Source: Candidatus Aminicenantes bacterium
GTDB taxonomy: Bacteria > Acidobacteriota > Aminicenantia > Aminicenantales > CALLJL01
NCBI GenBank assembly: GCA_026416195.1
Contig: JAOAFQ010000015.1
Span: 9,332-73,331, forward strand
Direction: 5' to 3'
Length of the DNA stretch: 64,000 bases
Part shown: positions 53,708 through 63,240 of the stretch, piece by piece
Position numbering within the stretch: the stretch's first letter is position 1
How the letters are laid out: each line of letters begins with the position of its first letter
The notes under the pieces: model-generated
The model's input: the letters and a program-made list of their open reading frames with translations, nothing else
The model's database searches: none
Told to the model about the DNA's origin: nothing
Translations under genes and position numbers: made by a program

Positions 53708-55132
53708 TTATTTTAAATTTAAAACTAGGAGCTTTAATTCGGTCATTTCTTCAATGGCATAGCGAATTCCCTCTCGACCGGTGCCACTTTCTTTAACTCC
53801 CCCATAAGGCATATGATCAATTCGGTAAGTGGGAATATCATTTATGATGACTCCGCCGACCTCTAAGGCTTCAAAGGCTCGCCAAGCCTTGTTAAGATCC
53901 CGGGTAAAAATCCCAGCTTGAAGTCCATAGATGGAATAATTAACCTCATCTAGCACTTTATCGAAATCGTCATAGGCATAAACAACGACAATAGGAGCAA
54001 ATGCTTCCAGCCAGGAAATTCTCCATTCAGGTTTGACATTTTCTAAAATCGTGGGTTCAAAAATGGCCCCTTGACGTCGACCGCCACAAAGAATTCGCGC
54101 TCCTTTTTCCGCTGCTTCTAAAACCCATTCTTCAATTTGTCGAGCAGCCCCTTCGTTGATCATTGGACCAACATCGGTCGATTCATCTAAGGGATCCCCC
54201 ACTCTTAAAGCTTTTGTTTTAGCCAAAAAGTCAGCCATAAAACGGTCATAAATTTTTTTATGGAGGAAAAGACGCTGAATGGAGATACAGATTTGGCCAG
54301 CATAAGAGAAGGCGCCAGTCACGGCTCGAGTAACAGCGAAATCAAGGTCGGCATCGGGTTCAACCACTAAGGCCGCATTGCCACCAAGTTCTAAGGTAAC
54401 CCTTTTTTTTGGAGCTTTGGCTTTTATTTCCCAGCCCACAGACGAACTTCCGGTAAAAGTAATCTTTTTTATTTTGTCATCGGTAAGGAGACTTTCAGCG
54501 GCCCGATAATCACAAGGAATGACATTGAAAATTCCAGCCGGCAAGCCAGTTTCAGCAACAATTTCGGCCAATAGGAGCGAAGTTATGGGGACTTGGGAAG
54601 CAGGCCTCAAAAGAAGGGTATTACCTGAAGCCAGCGCTGGGGCTACTTTGTGGGCGACCAAATTAAGAGGAAAATTGAAGGGGGTAATGGCCGAAATGGG
54701 ACCGAGGGGAAATCGTCTGATTAAGCCCCAGCGGTTAACACTAAAAGCATTAAGATCAAGGGGGATGATTTCGCCTCCAATTCTTTTAGCTTCTTCACTA
54801 GCCAAATCAAAGGTCATGGTCGCCCGAGCAACTTCTGTTCTGGAGTCACGGATGGGTTTGCCAGCCTGGAGAGCAATAGAACGAGCGATTTCTTCACGTC
54901 TTTTTTTAAGGCCAACGGCAATTTCTTCTAAAATTCTTGCTCTTTCATAACTGGGCATTTTTCGTGCTTGGTCAAAGGCCTTAAAGGCTGCGTCAATTGC
55001 CTCTTTGACTTGAACCGGCTGGGCAAAGAAGACTTGACCCACCACTTGGCCATCATAAGGGGAAATAATTTCTTTTAAAGAATCTGATTCCCGCCATTCA
55101 CCATTGATAAATAAAGGGTAAAGTTTTTTCAT
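53708..55132 (-). CDS. NAD(P)+-dependent aldehyde dehydrogenase
   Basis: ALDH motifs GEIIPLDL..., catalytic Cys region GQICISIQR, and ELGGNA (written LELGGNAALVV). The start was moved to MKKLYPLFINGEW, which has a GGAG ribosome-binding site; the ORF-track start lies 45 aa upstream. Confidence 0.85.
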   Translation of the reverse strand: MKKLYPLFINGEWRESDSLKEIISPYDGQVVGQVFFAQPVQVKEAIDAAFKAFDQARKMPSYERARILEEIAVGLKKRREEIARSIALQAGKPIRDSRTEVARATMTFDLASEEAKRIGGEIIPLDLNAFSVNRWGLIRRFPLGPISAITPFNFPLNLVAHKVAPALASGNTLLLRPASQVPITSLLLAEIVAETGLPAGIFNVIPCDYRAAESLLTDDKIKKITFTGSSSVGWEIKAKAPKKRVTLELGGNAALVVEPDADLDFAVTRAVTGAFSYAGQICISIQRLFLHKKIYDRFMADFLAKTKALRVGDPLDESTDVGPMINEGAARQIEEWVLEAAEKGARILCGGRRQGAIFEPTILENVKPEWRISWLEAFAPIVVVYAYDDFDKVLDEVNYSIYGLQAGIFTRDLNKAWRAFEALEVGGVIINDIPTYRIDHMPYGGVKESGTGREGIRYAIEEMTELKLLVLNLK

Positions 55133-55151
55133 CAAAATTTCTCCTAAATTT

Positions 55152-56051
55152 TTAAAAAAATTTTTTTGATTTTTCTTTATAGGCAAGATAGAGATTTTGT
55201 AAGCAGAGAGCATCGGCTTCAAGACTGGGACTTTCGCAGATGACTCGGCCTGCCACGCCGCGATCATGAAGGGCCATTATCCATTCTTCCCAGCGAAGAT
55301 CAGCTTCTTTAAGATTTAAATGTTTTATTTCCCCCTTTTCGCCAAATTCAATTCCCGAAATATGAAGGTGGAGATCATGAAGGACATCTTCGCCAAGTTT
55401 CTTCGCCACCTTATTAAGGACCCGCGAGAACTGTTGATAGCCATTGAGTTCGCCCTCCCGAGCATAGAGATGGGAAAAATCGAGACATGGTTGAAGCTCC
55501 TCGATTTCTTGACAGAGACTCAGGATTTCCTCGAGAGTCCCAAATTGAGATTTCTTGCCCATCGTTTCGAGGCGCAAGATAACTCTATTTTTTTCAGAAC
55601 GCAAAATGGAAATTATATTTTTTAGGGTTTCGCTGAGAATTTCCAGAGCTTTATCAGGTGGATTGGTGCCATAAAAGCCACCATGAAAAACTAAATTACG
55701 AATTCCGCAGAGTTCGGCCAACCTAGCTGAGCTTAAAAGCTGTTCCTGAGAAGATAATCTTTTTCCCGGTTCAGCTGATAAAAAATTGATAGAGTAGGGC
55801 GCATGGGCACTTAAAATAATTCCGAGTTCCTCTGCCCGACGGCGGATAGCCATAGCTGTTTCCCGGGAGAAACGAAAACCTCGCACCAATTCAACTTCAA
55901 GACAGGAAAGACCAAGCTCTTTAAGACGGTCAAGGGCATGAAGGGTTGAAGCTGGTGAGGTACTTAGAGGAATACCCGCCGTGCCGAAGATAAGACCTTT
56001 AAAAGCAGAATTCATCGGCCTTTCCACGGGAGTCGAGAAATTGACGGACAA
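55152..56051 (-). CDS. xylose-isomerase-like TIM-barrel protein (sugar phosphate isomerase/epimerase family)
   Basis: 299 aa, AP-endonuclease-2/XI-like TIM-barrel pattern (LEVELVRGF..., HAPYSINF, HGGFYG). The start is uncertain, as it overlaps the thiC 3' end. Confidence 0.55.
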   Translation of the reverse strand: MSVNFSTPVERPMNSAFKGLIFGTAGIPLSTSPASTLHALDRLKELGLSCLEVELVRGFRFSRETAMAIRRRAEELGIILSAHAPYSINFLSAEPGKRLSSQEQLLSSARLAELCGIRNLVFHGGFYGTNPPDKALEILSETLKNIISILRSEKNRVILRLETMGKKSQFGTLEEILSLCQEIEELQPCLDFSHLYAREGELNGYQQFSRVLNKVAKKLGEDVLHDLHLHISGIEFGEKGEIKHLNLKEADLRWEEWIMALHDRGVAGRVICESPSLEADALCLQNLYLAYKEKSKKFF

Positions 56052-57306
56052 TTCTCATTGCACAGTATTTGCCGCACATGGAACAAGCTTCGGTCTTGGA
56101 AGAGCGACGGCGACGAATTTCATCGTACTTTTTAGGGTCAATGACAAAACGGCGTTGGGCCTCCCAATCTAAGGCTTTTCTGACTTTAGATAGCTGGAGA
56201 TCTCTCTCTTTAGCTCCAGGAATTCCTTTGACGATGTCAGCCGCATGGGCAGCAATACGAGCCGCAATTAGGCCTTCCTTGACATCCTCTACCGTCGGCA
56301 AGCCAAGATGCTCGGCTGGAGTAACATAGCAGAGAAAGTCAGCTCCAGCCGCCGCGGCTATGGCACCTCCAATAGCTGAAACGATATGGTCATAACCTGG
56401 AGCAATATCAGTTACTAAAGGCCCGAGAACATAAAAAGGAGCCTCGTGACAGAGTTTTTTTTCGAGCTTAACATTCATTTCGATTTGATCAAGGGGAAGG
56501 TGACCTCGTCCTTCAATCATTACTTGAACATCCCATTCCCAAGCCACCTTAACCAACTCCCCTAAAGTTAGGAGTTCTTCAACTTGCGGTCGATCAGTCG
56601 CATCAGCAATCGCGCCTGGGCGAAGCCCATCTCCTAAGCTGAGGGTAATATCGTAACGGCGCGCGATTTCGAGGAGACGATCAAAAGAAGCGAAAAGAGG
56701 ATTTTCCCTGTCATGATGGAGCATCCAGGCCACATGAAAGGCTCCACCCCGAGAAACGACATCGGCTATTCGACCCTGTTTCTTCAAACGTTCCAGGCCG
56801 CGGAGAGTCAAACCACAATGGACAGTCATAAAGTCAACGCCTTCTTTAGCCTGAGCTTCAATAACAGTGAAGAGATCGTCTTCAGTCATAGCCACAATGG
56901 AACCGCGACGGTCGATGGCCTCAATGGCTGCCTGGTAAATAGGAACAGTGCCAACAGGCAAAGGAGAAGCAGCTAGGATTTGGCGTCTGATTTCTTGAAG
57001 ATCACCGCCCGTACTCAAGTCCATAAGAGTATCGGCTTCATATTCAATGGCCACTTTAACTTTTTCGAGCTCAGTTTCAAGGGATGGAAAATCCAGGGAA
57101 GTCCCCAGATTAACATTGACTTTAGTTCGGAGTTTTGAGCCAATACCAATGGGTTGACGCAAATGGTGGCGAGGGTTATGGGGGATAACAATTTTACCAG
57201 CTATAAAGAGCTCAGCTAATTCTTCAGGAGATATTTTTTCCTGTTTAGCGACTTTTTTTAAGGCTGAGGTTAGCTGCCCTTTTCTTACTTTTTCTCGATG
57301 GGTCAT
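55999..57306 (-). CDS. thiC: phosphomethylpyrimidine synthase ThiC
   Basis: 435 aa radical-SAM-type ThiC with C-terminal CSMCGKYCAMR. Conserved core throughout. Confidence 0.9.
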   Translation of the reverse strand: MTHREKVRKGQLTSALKKVAKQEKISPEELAELFIAGKIVIPHNPRHHLRQPIGIGSKLRTKVNVNLGTSLDFPSLETELEKVKVAIEYEADTLMDLSTGGDLQEIRRQILAASPLPVGTVPIYQAAIEAIDRRGSIVAMTEDDLFTVIEAQAKEGVDFMTVHCGLTLRGLERLKKQGRIADVVSRGGAFHVAWMLHHDRENPLFASFDRLLEIARRYDITLSLGDGLRPGAIADATDRPQVEELLTLGELVKVAWEWDVQVMIEGRGHLPLDQIEMNVKLEKKLCHEAPFYVLGPLVTDIAPGYDHIVSAIGGAIAAAAGADFLCYVTPAEHLGLPTVEDVKEGLIAARIAAHAADIVKGIPGAKERDLQLSKVRKALDWEAQRRFVIDPKKYDEIRRRRSSKTEACSMCGKYCAMRIVRQFLDSRGKADEFCF

Positions 57307-57497
57307 GGTTAAATATTCTTATTTAAGATTATAGCTTAATTGACGCTCTAAACCCTGTCAAGGAAATCGCTTCGAAAAAAATTTATTCCTAAGCTGAGTA
57401 GCAAGCCTCTCTTAAAAATTAATTCGCTAAGAAAATTTTTTTAAAAAAATAATTAAAACTAATCTTTTTCCCGAAATAAGCTATAATAAGTTCGACG

Positions 57498-58103
57498 ATG
57501 AAACCTTTGGCTTTCCTTAAGGGCTTTCAATTATATATATTTATCATCTTAATTGAACTTCAAGCTACTTTCTTAGCCTGGGCTTTCGAAAAAGAGGTTA
57601 GTCCGTCTCAACTCGACTCAAAAGTTAAAAGAGTCCTCGAAATAATTGCTCAAATGGAGAAGGCCAATCTAAGTTCTCAGTCCCGACCGCTTAAAGAAGC
57701 GATAGTAACAGAGGATGAGCTTAATGCTTATCTTGCTTATCGGATCAAAACTGAACCCTTAGAAATGGTTCAGGAAGTTAAGCTTAAGCTTTTTGAGGGA
57801 AACTATATTGAAGGACGGGTGATTCTCGATTTAAATCAGGAAAAATTGCCTGATTTTGTACCCAAAATCGCTGTCCTTTTTTTTTCGGCTACTTTCAAGA
57901 TTGAAAGCGGAAAAATTTATTTTGATTTTAAAAAAATCTTTCTTGGAGCCCAAGAACTTCCAGTTAATTTTGTTTCAGAAATCATTAAGCAGATTGACCT
58001 GGCTCATGGAAATTCGCCTGAAGGTCTAAACCGATCTTATGTTTTGCCTTTTGGTCTTAAAGATATTAAGTCCAAAAAAGGTTTAGCTATTTTTTATTAT
58101 TGA
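57498..58103 (+). CDS. hypothetical secreted protein
   Basis: N-terminal signal-like hydrophobic segment, no recognisable motif. 201 aa. Confidence 0.4.
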   Translation: MKPLAFLKGFQLYIFIILIELQATFLAWAFEKEVSPSQLDSKVKRVLEIIAQMEKANLSSQSRPLKEAIVTEDELNAYLAYRIKTEPLEMVQEVKLKLFEGNYIEGRVILDLNQEKLPDFVPKIAVLFFSATFKIESGKIYFDFKKIFLGAQELPVNFVSEIIKQIDLAHGNSPEGLNRSYVLPFGLKDIKSKKGLAIFYY

Positions 58104-58109
58104 GGAAAC

Positions 58110-58751
58110 ATGTTGAGAATAATTGGAGGCGAGAAAAAAGGACAACGGCTTAAAATGATTAATGACCCCAAGATCAGACCAATGCCAGCCAAGTTAAGAG
58201 AAGCTCTCTTCAATATTATTCAGACCAAAGTTATTGGAGCAACCTGCCTTGATGGTTTCGCCGGTAGCGGGGCTATTGGTCTCGAAGCCTTAAGTCGGGG
58301 AGCCGCTAAAGTTGTTTTTATTGAAGAATACAGTCCAGCGATCAGAATTATCCGACAAAATGTTGAAAAATGCGGTTTTCAAGACAGAACCAGGATAATT
58401 CAAGAAGAATTTAACCGAGGGGTTATTCGCTTAGCCAAGGAAAAAAAGTCTTTCGATCTGATTTTCATCGACCCGCCTTATGAGCTTCTCAAAGAAAGAA
58501 ATCCTCTTAAAGTAATAAAAAAAAGAGGAATTTTAAAGCCTAATGGTTTGGTCATTCTTCGTCATTTTAATAAGATTGTGCCTGATCTTCGTTTTTTTGA
58601 ACGGTTTCGTTTAGTTCGCTATGGCGATGATGTTATTTCCTTTTTCCGCCATCGCCACGAGGAAAAGAAGGAGTTAAATCAGGGGAGAGAAAGAGAGGCT
58701 GAAGGGGTTGACCCGGAAAAAATGAGACAAGAGTCAAAGGAGATAAATTAA
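58110..58751 (+). CDS. rsmD: 16S rRNA (guanine966-N2)-methyltransferase RsmD with charged C-terminal extension
   Basis: MLRIIGGEKKGQRLKM N-terminus, SAM motif LDGFAGSGAIGLEA, DPPY motif. About 30 extra K/E-rich C-terminal residues. Confidence 0.75.
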   Translation: MLRIIGGEKKGQRLKMINDPKIRPMPAKLREALFNIIQTKVIGATCLDGFAGSGAIGLEALSRGAAKVVFIEEYSPAIRIIRQNVEKCGFQDRTRIIQEEFNRGVIRLAKEKKSFDLIFIDPPYELLKERNPLKVIKKRGILKPNGLVILRHFNKIVPDLRFFERFRLVRYGDDVISFFRHRHEEKKELNQGREREAEGVDPEKMRQESKEIN

Positions 58752-58766
58752 AGTCAAAAAGGGGAA

Positions 58767-59660
58767 TTGAAAGTGGAAGATGATAAGACAAAAAGAGAGA
58801 CTCAAGGGGAAAATTTATCTTTTGAATTGAGGGGAGATGAAATCCTAGCCAATTTGGTGGAAAAGGCTGGACCGAGTCTTTTTCTTGGCCGATATAGCCT
58901 CTTCGAGGTTAAAGCATTATTAGCCAGAAAGAATTTTTTTAAAGAAGCTCGGCGTCGAGGCCTTTGGCCCTTGGAGTTTTCCCTTGATTCTTCTGAATAT
59001 CCGGTGCAAAGAATTCAGATTTATTGGGAGAAAAAAGTCCAAGAAAGACTTATTGTTGATCTCAAAATTAAGGAAGGGCCTTTTCCTCTGACCTCAAACC
59101 GCAATTTTCATCCGATTTTAGAAAAAGGAGCCTTCCTCCATTTAGAATGGCTGACGTTGCAAAATCCAAAGCTTGATTTTAATAAGTCGAGACCAGCTTT
59201 GCCTGGTCAAGCGCGGCCTGGACTAGGTTTAGGGAAAAAAGTAGTTGATCTTTTCGTTTACTTAGCTCGTCTTCTTGACTGTGATGGGATCTTAGCATTT
59301 CCAGCTTATTTTCATAACGCTCTTCTTTTTTCCCGATATTTTCATTTTATTAACCCGGCCAAAGAAGGTGAAATCCTTGCTATTAGAACCGGTTTAGCCT
59401 CCATTCCCTTTAAACAGCTAGCCTGGATTGTTTTCCTCAACTGCTTGCGGCTTGATGGTCGAATTTATGAATGGCGGGCTGAAGAACAGGTTCTGCCTCT
59501 TGTTGATGAATTAAAGGAATATTTCTTGAGTAAGAAATATCGGTTTGAGGTGATAAAAGCCAGCCAAAACCGACTGGTTGAAGTTGATTGGGAAAGTTTT
59601 AAGCGTTATCAGATCTCAATTTCGGGTGAAGTCTCCAGTCTCATTGCTGATGAGAGTTAG
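58767..59660 (+). CDS. hypothetical protein
   Basis: 297-aa ORF with no motif I can place. Embedded between rsmD and rpmE. Confidence 0.4.
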   Translation: MKVEDDKTKRETQGENLSFELRGDEILANLVEKAGPSLFLGRYSLFEVKALLARKNFFKEARRRGLWPLEFSLDSSEYPVQRIQIYWEKKVQERLIVDLKIKEGPFPLTSNRNFHPILEKGAFLHLEWLTLQNPKLDFNKSRPALPGQARPGLGLGKKVVDLFVYLARLLDCDGILAFPAYFHNALLFSRYFHFINPAKEGEILAIRTGLASIPFKQLAWIVFLNCLRLDGRIYEWRAEEQVLPLVDELKEYFLSKKYRFEVIKASQNRLVEVDWESFKRYQISISGEVSSLIADES

Positions 59661-59693
59661 ATTTGTTATAATTTTTATCTTAAGGAGAGAATT

Positions 59694-59906
59694 ATGAAAG
59701 AAGGAATTCATCCTGCTTATGATGAATGTACAGTTATTTGTGCATGCGGTAATACCTTTAAAACTCGCTCAACCAAAAAAGAAATTCGAGTAGAAATTTG
59801 TTCTCAGTGTCATCCCTTTTTTACGGGTAAACAGAAAATAGTTGATACGGCTGGTCGAGTGGAAAAATTTAAGAGGAAATACCGCCAGGCCCGTCTTGGA
59901 AAATAA
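59694..59906 (+). CDS. rpmE: 50S ribosomal protein L31
   Basis: [22 protein letters not shown]...[10 protein letters not shown]. 70 aa. Confidence 0.9.
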   Translation: MKEGIHPAYDECTVICACGNTFKTRSTKKEIRVEICSQCHPFFTGKQKIVDTAGRVEKFKRKYRQARLGK

Positions 59907-59910
59907 GCCG

Positions 59911-60990
59911 ATGCTGGCTGAACTTGATCGATTAGAGAAAAAATATCAAGAACTTCTTAATTTGCTCGCTGATCCAAACCTGGCGACCAATCCTCAAAAA
60001 ATAAAAGAAGCGGCCAAAGAAAAAGCTGAGCTGGAACCTATTGTTCAGAAATACCAAGAATACAAGCGCTTGCGTCAAGCCTTGGCCGAATCCAAAGAAA
60101 TTCTTGATGACCCTAAAGCTGATCCTGATCTTAAAGATCTGGCTGAAGCAGAAATTAAGGAGTTGTCCCGCGAAGAAAAAAAGGTAGAAGCTGAACTTCG
60201 CCAAATGTTATTACCTCGAGACCCTTATGATGGTAAAAATGTTTTTTTAGAGATTCGGGCTGGCGCTGGGGGAGATGAAGCTACCCTCTTTGCTCAGGAT
60301 CTTTGTCGAATGTATGCTCGCTATGCTGAAAGTAAAGGTTGGGAATGGGAAATAATGGACCAAAGTCTGAGTCCTATCGGTGGTTTCAAAGAAGTTATTC
60401 TCAGCATTAAAGGGAGAAATGCCTATTCGTTTTTAAAATATGAAAGCGGAGTTCATCGAGTTCAGCGAGTTCCGAAGACTGAAGCTAGCGGTCGCATTCA
60501 TACTTCTACGGTAACGGTGGCCGTACTGCCTGAACCAGATGAAGTTGAAGTTAAGATAGATCCTAAGGACTTAAAAATTGAAGCCTTTGGGGCTTCTGGC
60601 CCCGGAGGACAGAATGTAAACCGGAATTACACGGCCATTAGAATTACTCACAAACCAACTGGTATCGTCGTCAGTTGTCAAGATGAAAAATCACAACATC
60701 GGAATAAAGAAAAAGGTCTGCGGATTCTTCGGGCTCGTCTTTTTAATTTAGCCAAGAAGAAGCAAGAAGAAGAACTGGCCAAGGCAAGACGAGCTCAGGT
60801 AGGAACTGGTGAAAGAAGTGAAAAGATAAGAACTTATAATTTCCCGCAAAATAGGGTAACTGACCATCGCCTTGATCTGACCTTTCATAATTTACAGGCT
60901 ATCCTTGATGGCGAGCTCGATGACTTGATTGAAAAGTTAGTTCTTCATTTTCAGATGAGAGAAATCGATCAGCGAGCCTCTTTTATTTGA
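59911..60990 (+). CDS. prfA: peptide chain release factor 1
   Basis: PxT-region and GGQ motif SGPGGQNVN. The start was moved to the ATG at 59911 (MLAELDRLEKKYQEL); the ORF-track start overlaps rpmE. Confidence 0.9.
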   Translation: MLAELDRLEKKYQELLNLLADPNLATNPQKIKEAAKEKAELEPIVQKYQEYKRLRQALAESKEILDDPKADPDLKDLAEAEIKELSREEKKVEAELRQMLLPRDPYDGKNVFLEIRAGAGGDEATLFAQDLCRMYARYAESKGWEWEIMDQSLSPIGGFKEVILSIKGRNAYSFLKYESGVHRVQRVPKTEASGRIHTSTVTVAVLPEPDEVEVKIDPKDLKIEAFGASGPGGQNVNRNYTAIRITHKPTGIVVSCQDEKSQHRNKEKGLRILRARLFNLAKKKQEEELAKARRAQVGTGERSEKIRTYNFPQNRVTDHRLDLTFHNLQAILDGELDDLIEKLVLHFQMREIDQRASFI

Positions 60991-61853
60991 TCTTAAGAAC
61001 CTTGATCAAAACTATCCGAGATCTCTGGAAACAGGGTTATGAGGAGCTTAAATTTTTTTCTCGGCCTGATCTTGAAGTTCGATTACTTTTAGAAAAAGCT
61101 GCTTGTTGGGATTTAAAAGATATTTTTCTTCATCTTAATGATCCTTGCCCATCTGATCTAGCCCGTCGCTTCAAGCGACTTTGTCTTCAAAGGAAAAAGG
61201 GTTATCCATTGGCCCTTCTCCTCGGTTGGAAGGAATTTTGGTCAATGCCTTTTAGAATCAAAAAAGGAGTTTTTATTCCTCGACCTGAAACCGAAACATT
61301 GGTGGAATTAGCTCTCCAATTGCCTTGGCCCGAAAATGGACTGGTCGCTGATATTGGAACAGGTTGTGGGACTATCGCTTGCGCGATAGCTAAAGAAAGA
61401 CCAAAGGCTAAAATCATCGCCACGGATATTTCTCGGCGAGCTATCCGCTTAGCTCAAGAAAACGCTAGGCATCTTCATTTGAAAAATATAGCTTTTTTTT
61501 CTGGCTCTCTTTTTAATTGCCTGTCTTCCCATGGCTTGGGAAAAGAATTTGATCTTATTATTTCTAACCCTCCTTATGTAGCCGAATCCGAGTGGTCATC
61601 TCTTTCCCTTGCGGTTAGAAATTATGAGCCTAAAAGAGCTCTAGTGGCTGGCCCGACTGGACTTGAATACATTTTCAAATTGATCGAAGGAGCTCCCTTT
61701 TTTCTCCGACCGGGAGGCTTTTTGGCTTTTGAATTCGGTTTTGGTCAGTTGGAGGCTATATTAACTTTTTTAAAAAAACAAGGTTGGAGAGAAATCCAAT
61801 GGAAAGAAGATTTGGCGGCTGTTCCCCGAGCTCTGGCCGCTCGCTGGGGTTAA
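60987..61853 (+). CDS. prmC: release factor glutamine N5-methyltransferase PrmC/HemK
   Basis: NPPY motif (ISNPPYV) and SAM-binding DIGTGCGTIA. Overlaps prfA by 4 nt. Confidence 0.85.
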   Translation: MILRTLIKTIRDLWKQGYEELKFFSRPDLEVRLLLEKAACWDLKDIFLHLNDPCPSDLARRFKRLCLQRKKGYPLALLLGWKEFWSMPFRIKKGVFIPRPETETLVELALQLPWPENGLVADIGTGCGTIACAIAKERPKAKIIATDISRRAIRLAQENARHLHLKNIAFFSGSLFNCLSSHGLGKEFDLIISNPPYVAESEWSSLSLAVRNYEPKRALVAGPTGLEYIFKLIEGAPFFLRPGGFLAFEFGFGQLEAILTFLKKQGWREIQWKEDLAAVPRALAARWG

Positions 61854-62995
61854 TCTTGATCAAGAAACGCAAGATTATCAAAAGCTGGTAAAACCTTAGT
61901 TGTTTCAAATCTTATTTTTTCCCATTCTTTTAATTCAATTGAACAGAAAGCATTAACAATAGCTGGATCAAATTGATGGCCCTTGGCGGCAATAATTTCC
62001 TTTTTAGCTGCCTCAAAACTTCTTGGCTGACGATAAGGACGATAGGAAGTTATTGCATCCAGCGCATCAGCCAGAGCAAATATTCTGGCTTCAATCGGGA
62101 TTCTATTGTTTTTTAAACCAAAGGGATAACCACTTCCATCATAGCGTTCGTGATGATAAAGAACAATATGACCAACCGTTTGGTCCAGATTGATTTCCTT
62201 AATTAGCCCATAGCCGACGGTAGGATGAAGTCTGATTTTTTCCCATTCGGCCCCAGTGAGTCGATCAGGTTTTTTCAGAATAGAGTCAGGAATAGCAATC
62301 TTGCCTACATCATGAAGTAAGGCTCCTTGATGAATATAATTGAGATGCTTGCGGTCATTGATCCCTAAAAGTCGAGCTAAGGCCAAGCAATACCGAGCAA
62401 CAATTTTTGAATGGCCGAAAGTTTCGACATCTCTCATATCCAAAGCAGTCATGAGATTTTCTAAGGTGGCATTATAAATACCTTGAAGCTCCTCCATTCG
62501 GTTGATGGTTTTCTGTCTAATCAAATTGATTTGCCTTAATTCTATTTTTTTTTGAGCCAGTTGCCGTTTTAAGCTTTCTTTTTGAATTTCATTTTGCACT
62601 GCCGCAAGTAAAGCAGGCCAATGATCCAGACTGACGACTTGATTGACCAATCCTTCTTTAATTAATTGAATGATCTTTTGGCTTGGGTTAGGCGGAGCGA
62701 CTAAAATTAGGGTGAGATGACCAAAGATTTTTCGAGCTTTGGTGATGACCTCAGGCCAAAAATTTTTAAGGTGATTGACTGTCCAGATGATAATTAAGAA
62801 ATTTTTTTTCTCAGGATTTAGCTTAAATAAATCTAAAGGCGAAGAAGGAAGACGAACCTCAAATCCCTGAGAAGATAGAAAATCTTCAAGCTGTTTTGCT
62901 CTTTTTTTTTCACCATCAATAAGATAGAGAAGAGGCACAAAATTTATTTCTAAATAATTGACTTCGTTCATTTTGCTCGGGTTGTTTTTATTCAT
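61850..62995 (-). CDS. HD-GYP domain phosphodiesterase with N-terminal receiver-like domain
   Basis: HD motif LHDVGKIAIP and HHERYDGSGYP (HD-GYP signature). 381 aa. Confidence 0.8.
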   Translation of the reverse strand: MNKNNPSKMNEVNYLEINFVPLLYLIDGEKKRAKQLEDFLSSQGFEVRLPSSPLDLFKLNPEKKNFLIIIWTVNHLKNFWPEVITKARKIFGHLTLILVAPPNPSQKIIQLIKEGLVNQVVSLDHWPALLAAVQNEIQKESLKRQLAQKKIELRQINLIRQKTINRMEELQGIYNATLENLMTALDMRDVETFGHSKIVARYCLALARLLGINDRKHLNYIHQGALLHDVGKIAIPDSILKKPDRLTGAEWEKIRLHPTVGYGLIKEINLDQTVGHIVLYHHERYDGSGYPFGLKNNRIPIEARIFALADALDAITSYRPYRQPRSFEAAKKEIIAAKGHQFDPAIVNAFCSIELKEWEKIRFETTKVLPAFDNLAFLDQD

Positions 62996-63003
62996 ACCTT
63001 CAT

Positions 63004-63210
63004 TTATACTTTAGAAAGGGAATCGATATCAAGAAAAGAAAAATATTCCACCCCCCTAGGTGAGATGGGAAAAAAGAAATCATCCCTGTAATCGCCTCCA
63101 AAGGTGATTGCTAAACTATTTTTTATCGGGCTATATTTGGCTAAAAGATATTGGAGATTCAAATCCAGAAGGGAAGGTGAAAAGAGTTTAGTGAGGTCGA
63201 TTTTACCCAT
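63004..63210 (-). CDS. small hypothetical ORF upstream of the HD-GYP gene
   Basis: 68-aa ORF on the same strand as the HD-GYP gene. No Shine-Dalgarno sequence and no motif; may not be real. Confidence 0.2.
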   Translation of the reverse strand: MGKIDLTKLFSPSLLDLNLQYLLAKYSPIKNSLAITFGGDYRDDFFFPISPRGVEYFSFLDIDSLSKV

Positions 63211-63240
63211 AATGGATATTTAAAAAAGGAGGTATACTTA

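Noticed and set aside
54519-54950. 143-aa plus-strand ORF
   Set aside because: Antisense to the aldehyde dehydrogenase gene. R/A-rich translation from GC-skewed codons.
55320-56329. Three plus-strand ORFs (101, 63, 86 aa)
   Set aside because: Antisense to the TIM-barrel and thiC genes.
57307-57497. Expected TPP riboswitch upstream of thiC
   Set aside because: Could not identify THI-box consensus elements by eye on the correct strand. Reported as a finding to be checked by covariance model rather than as a feature.
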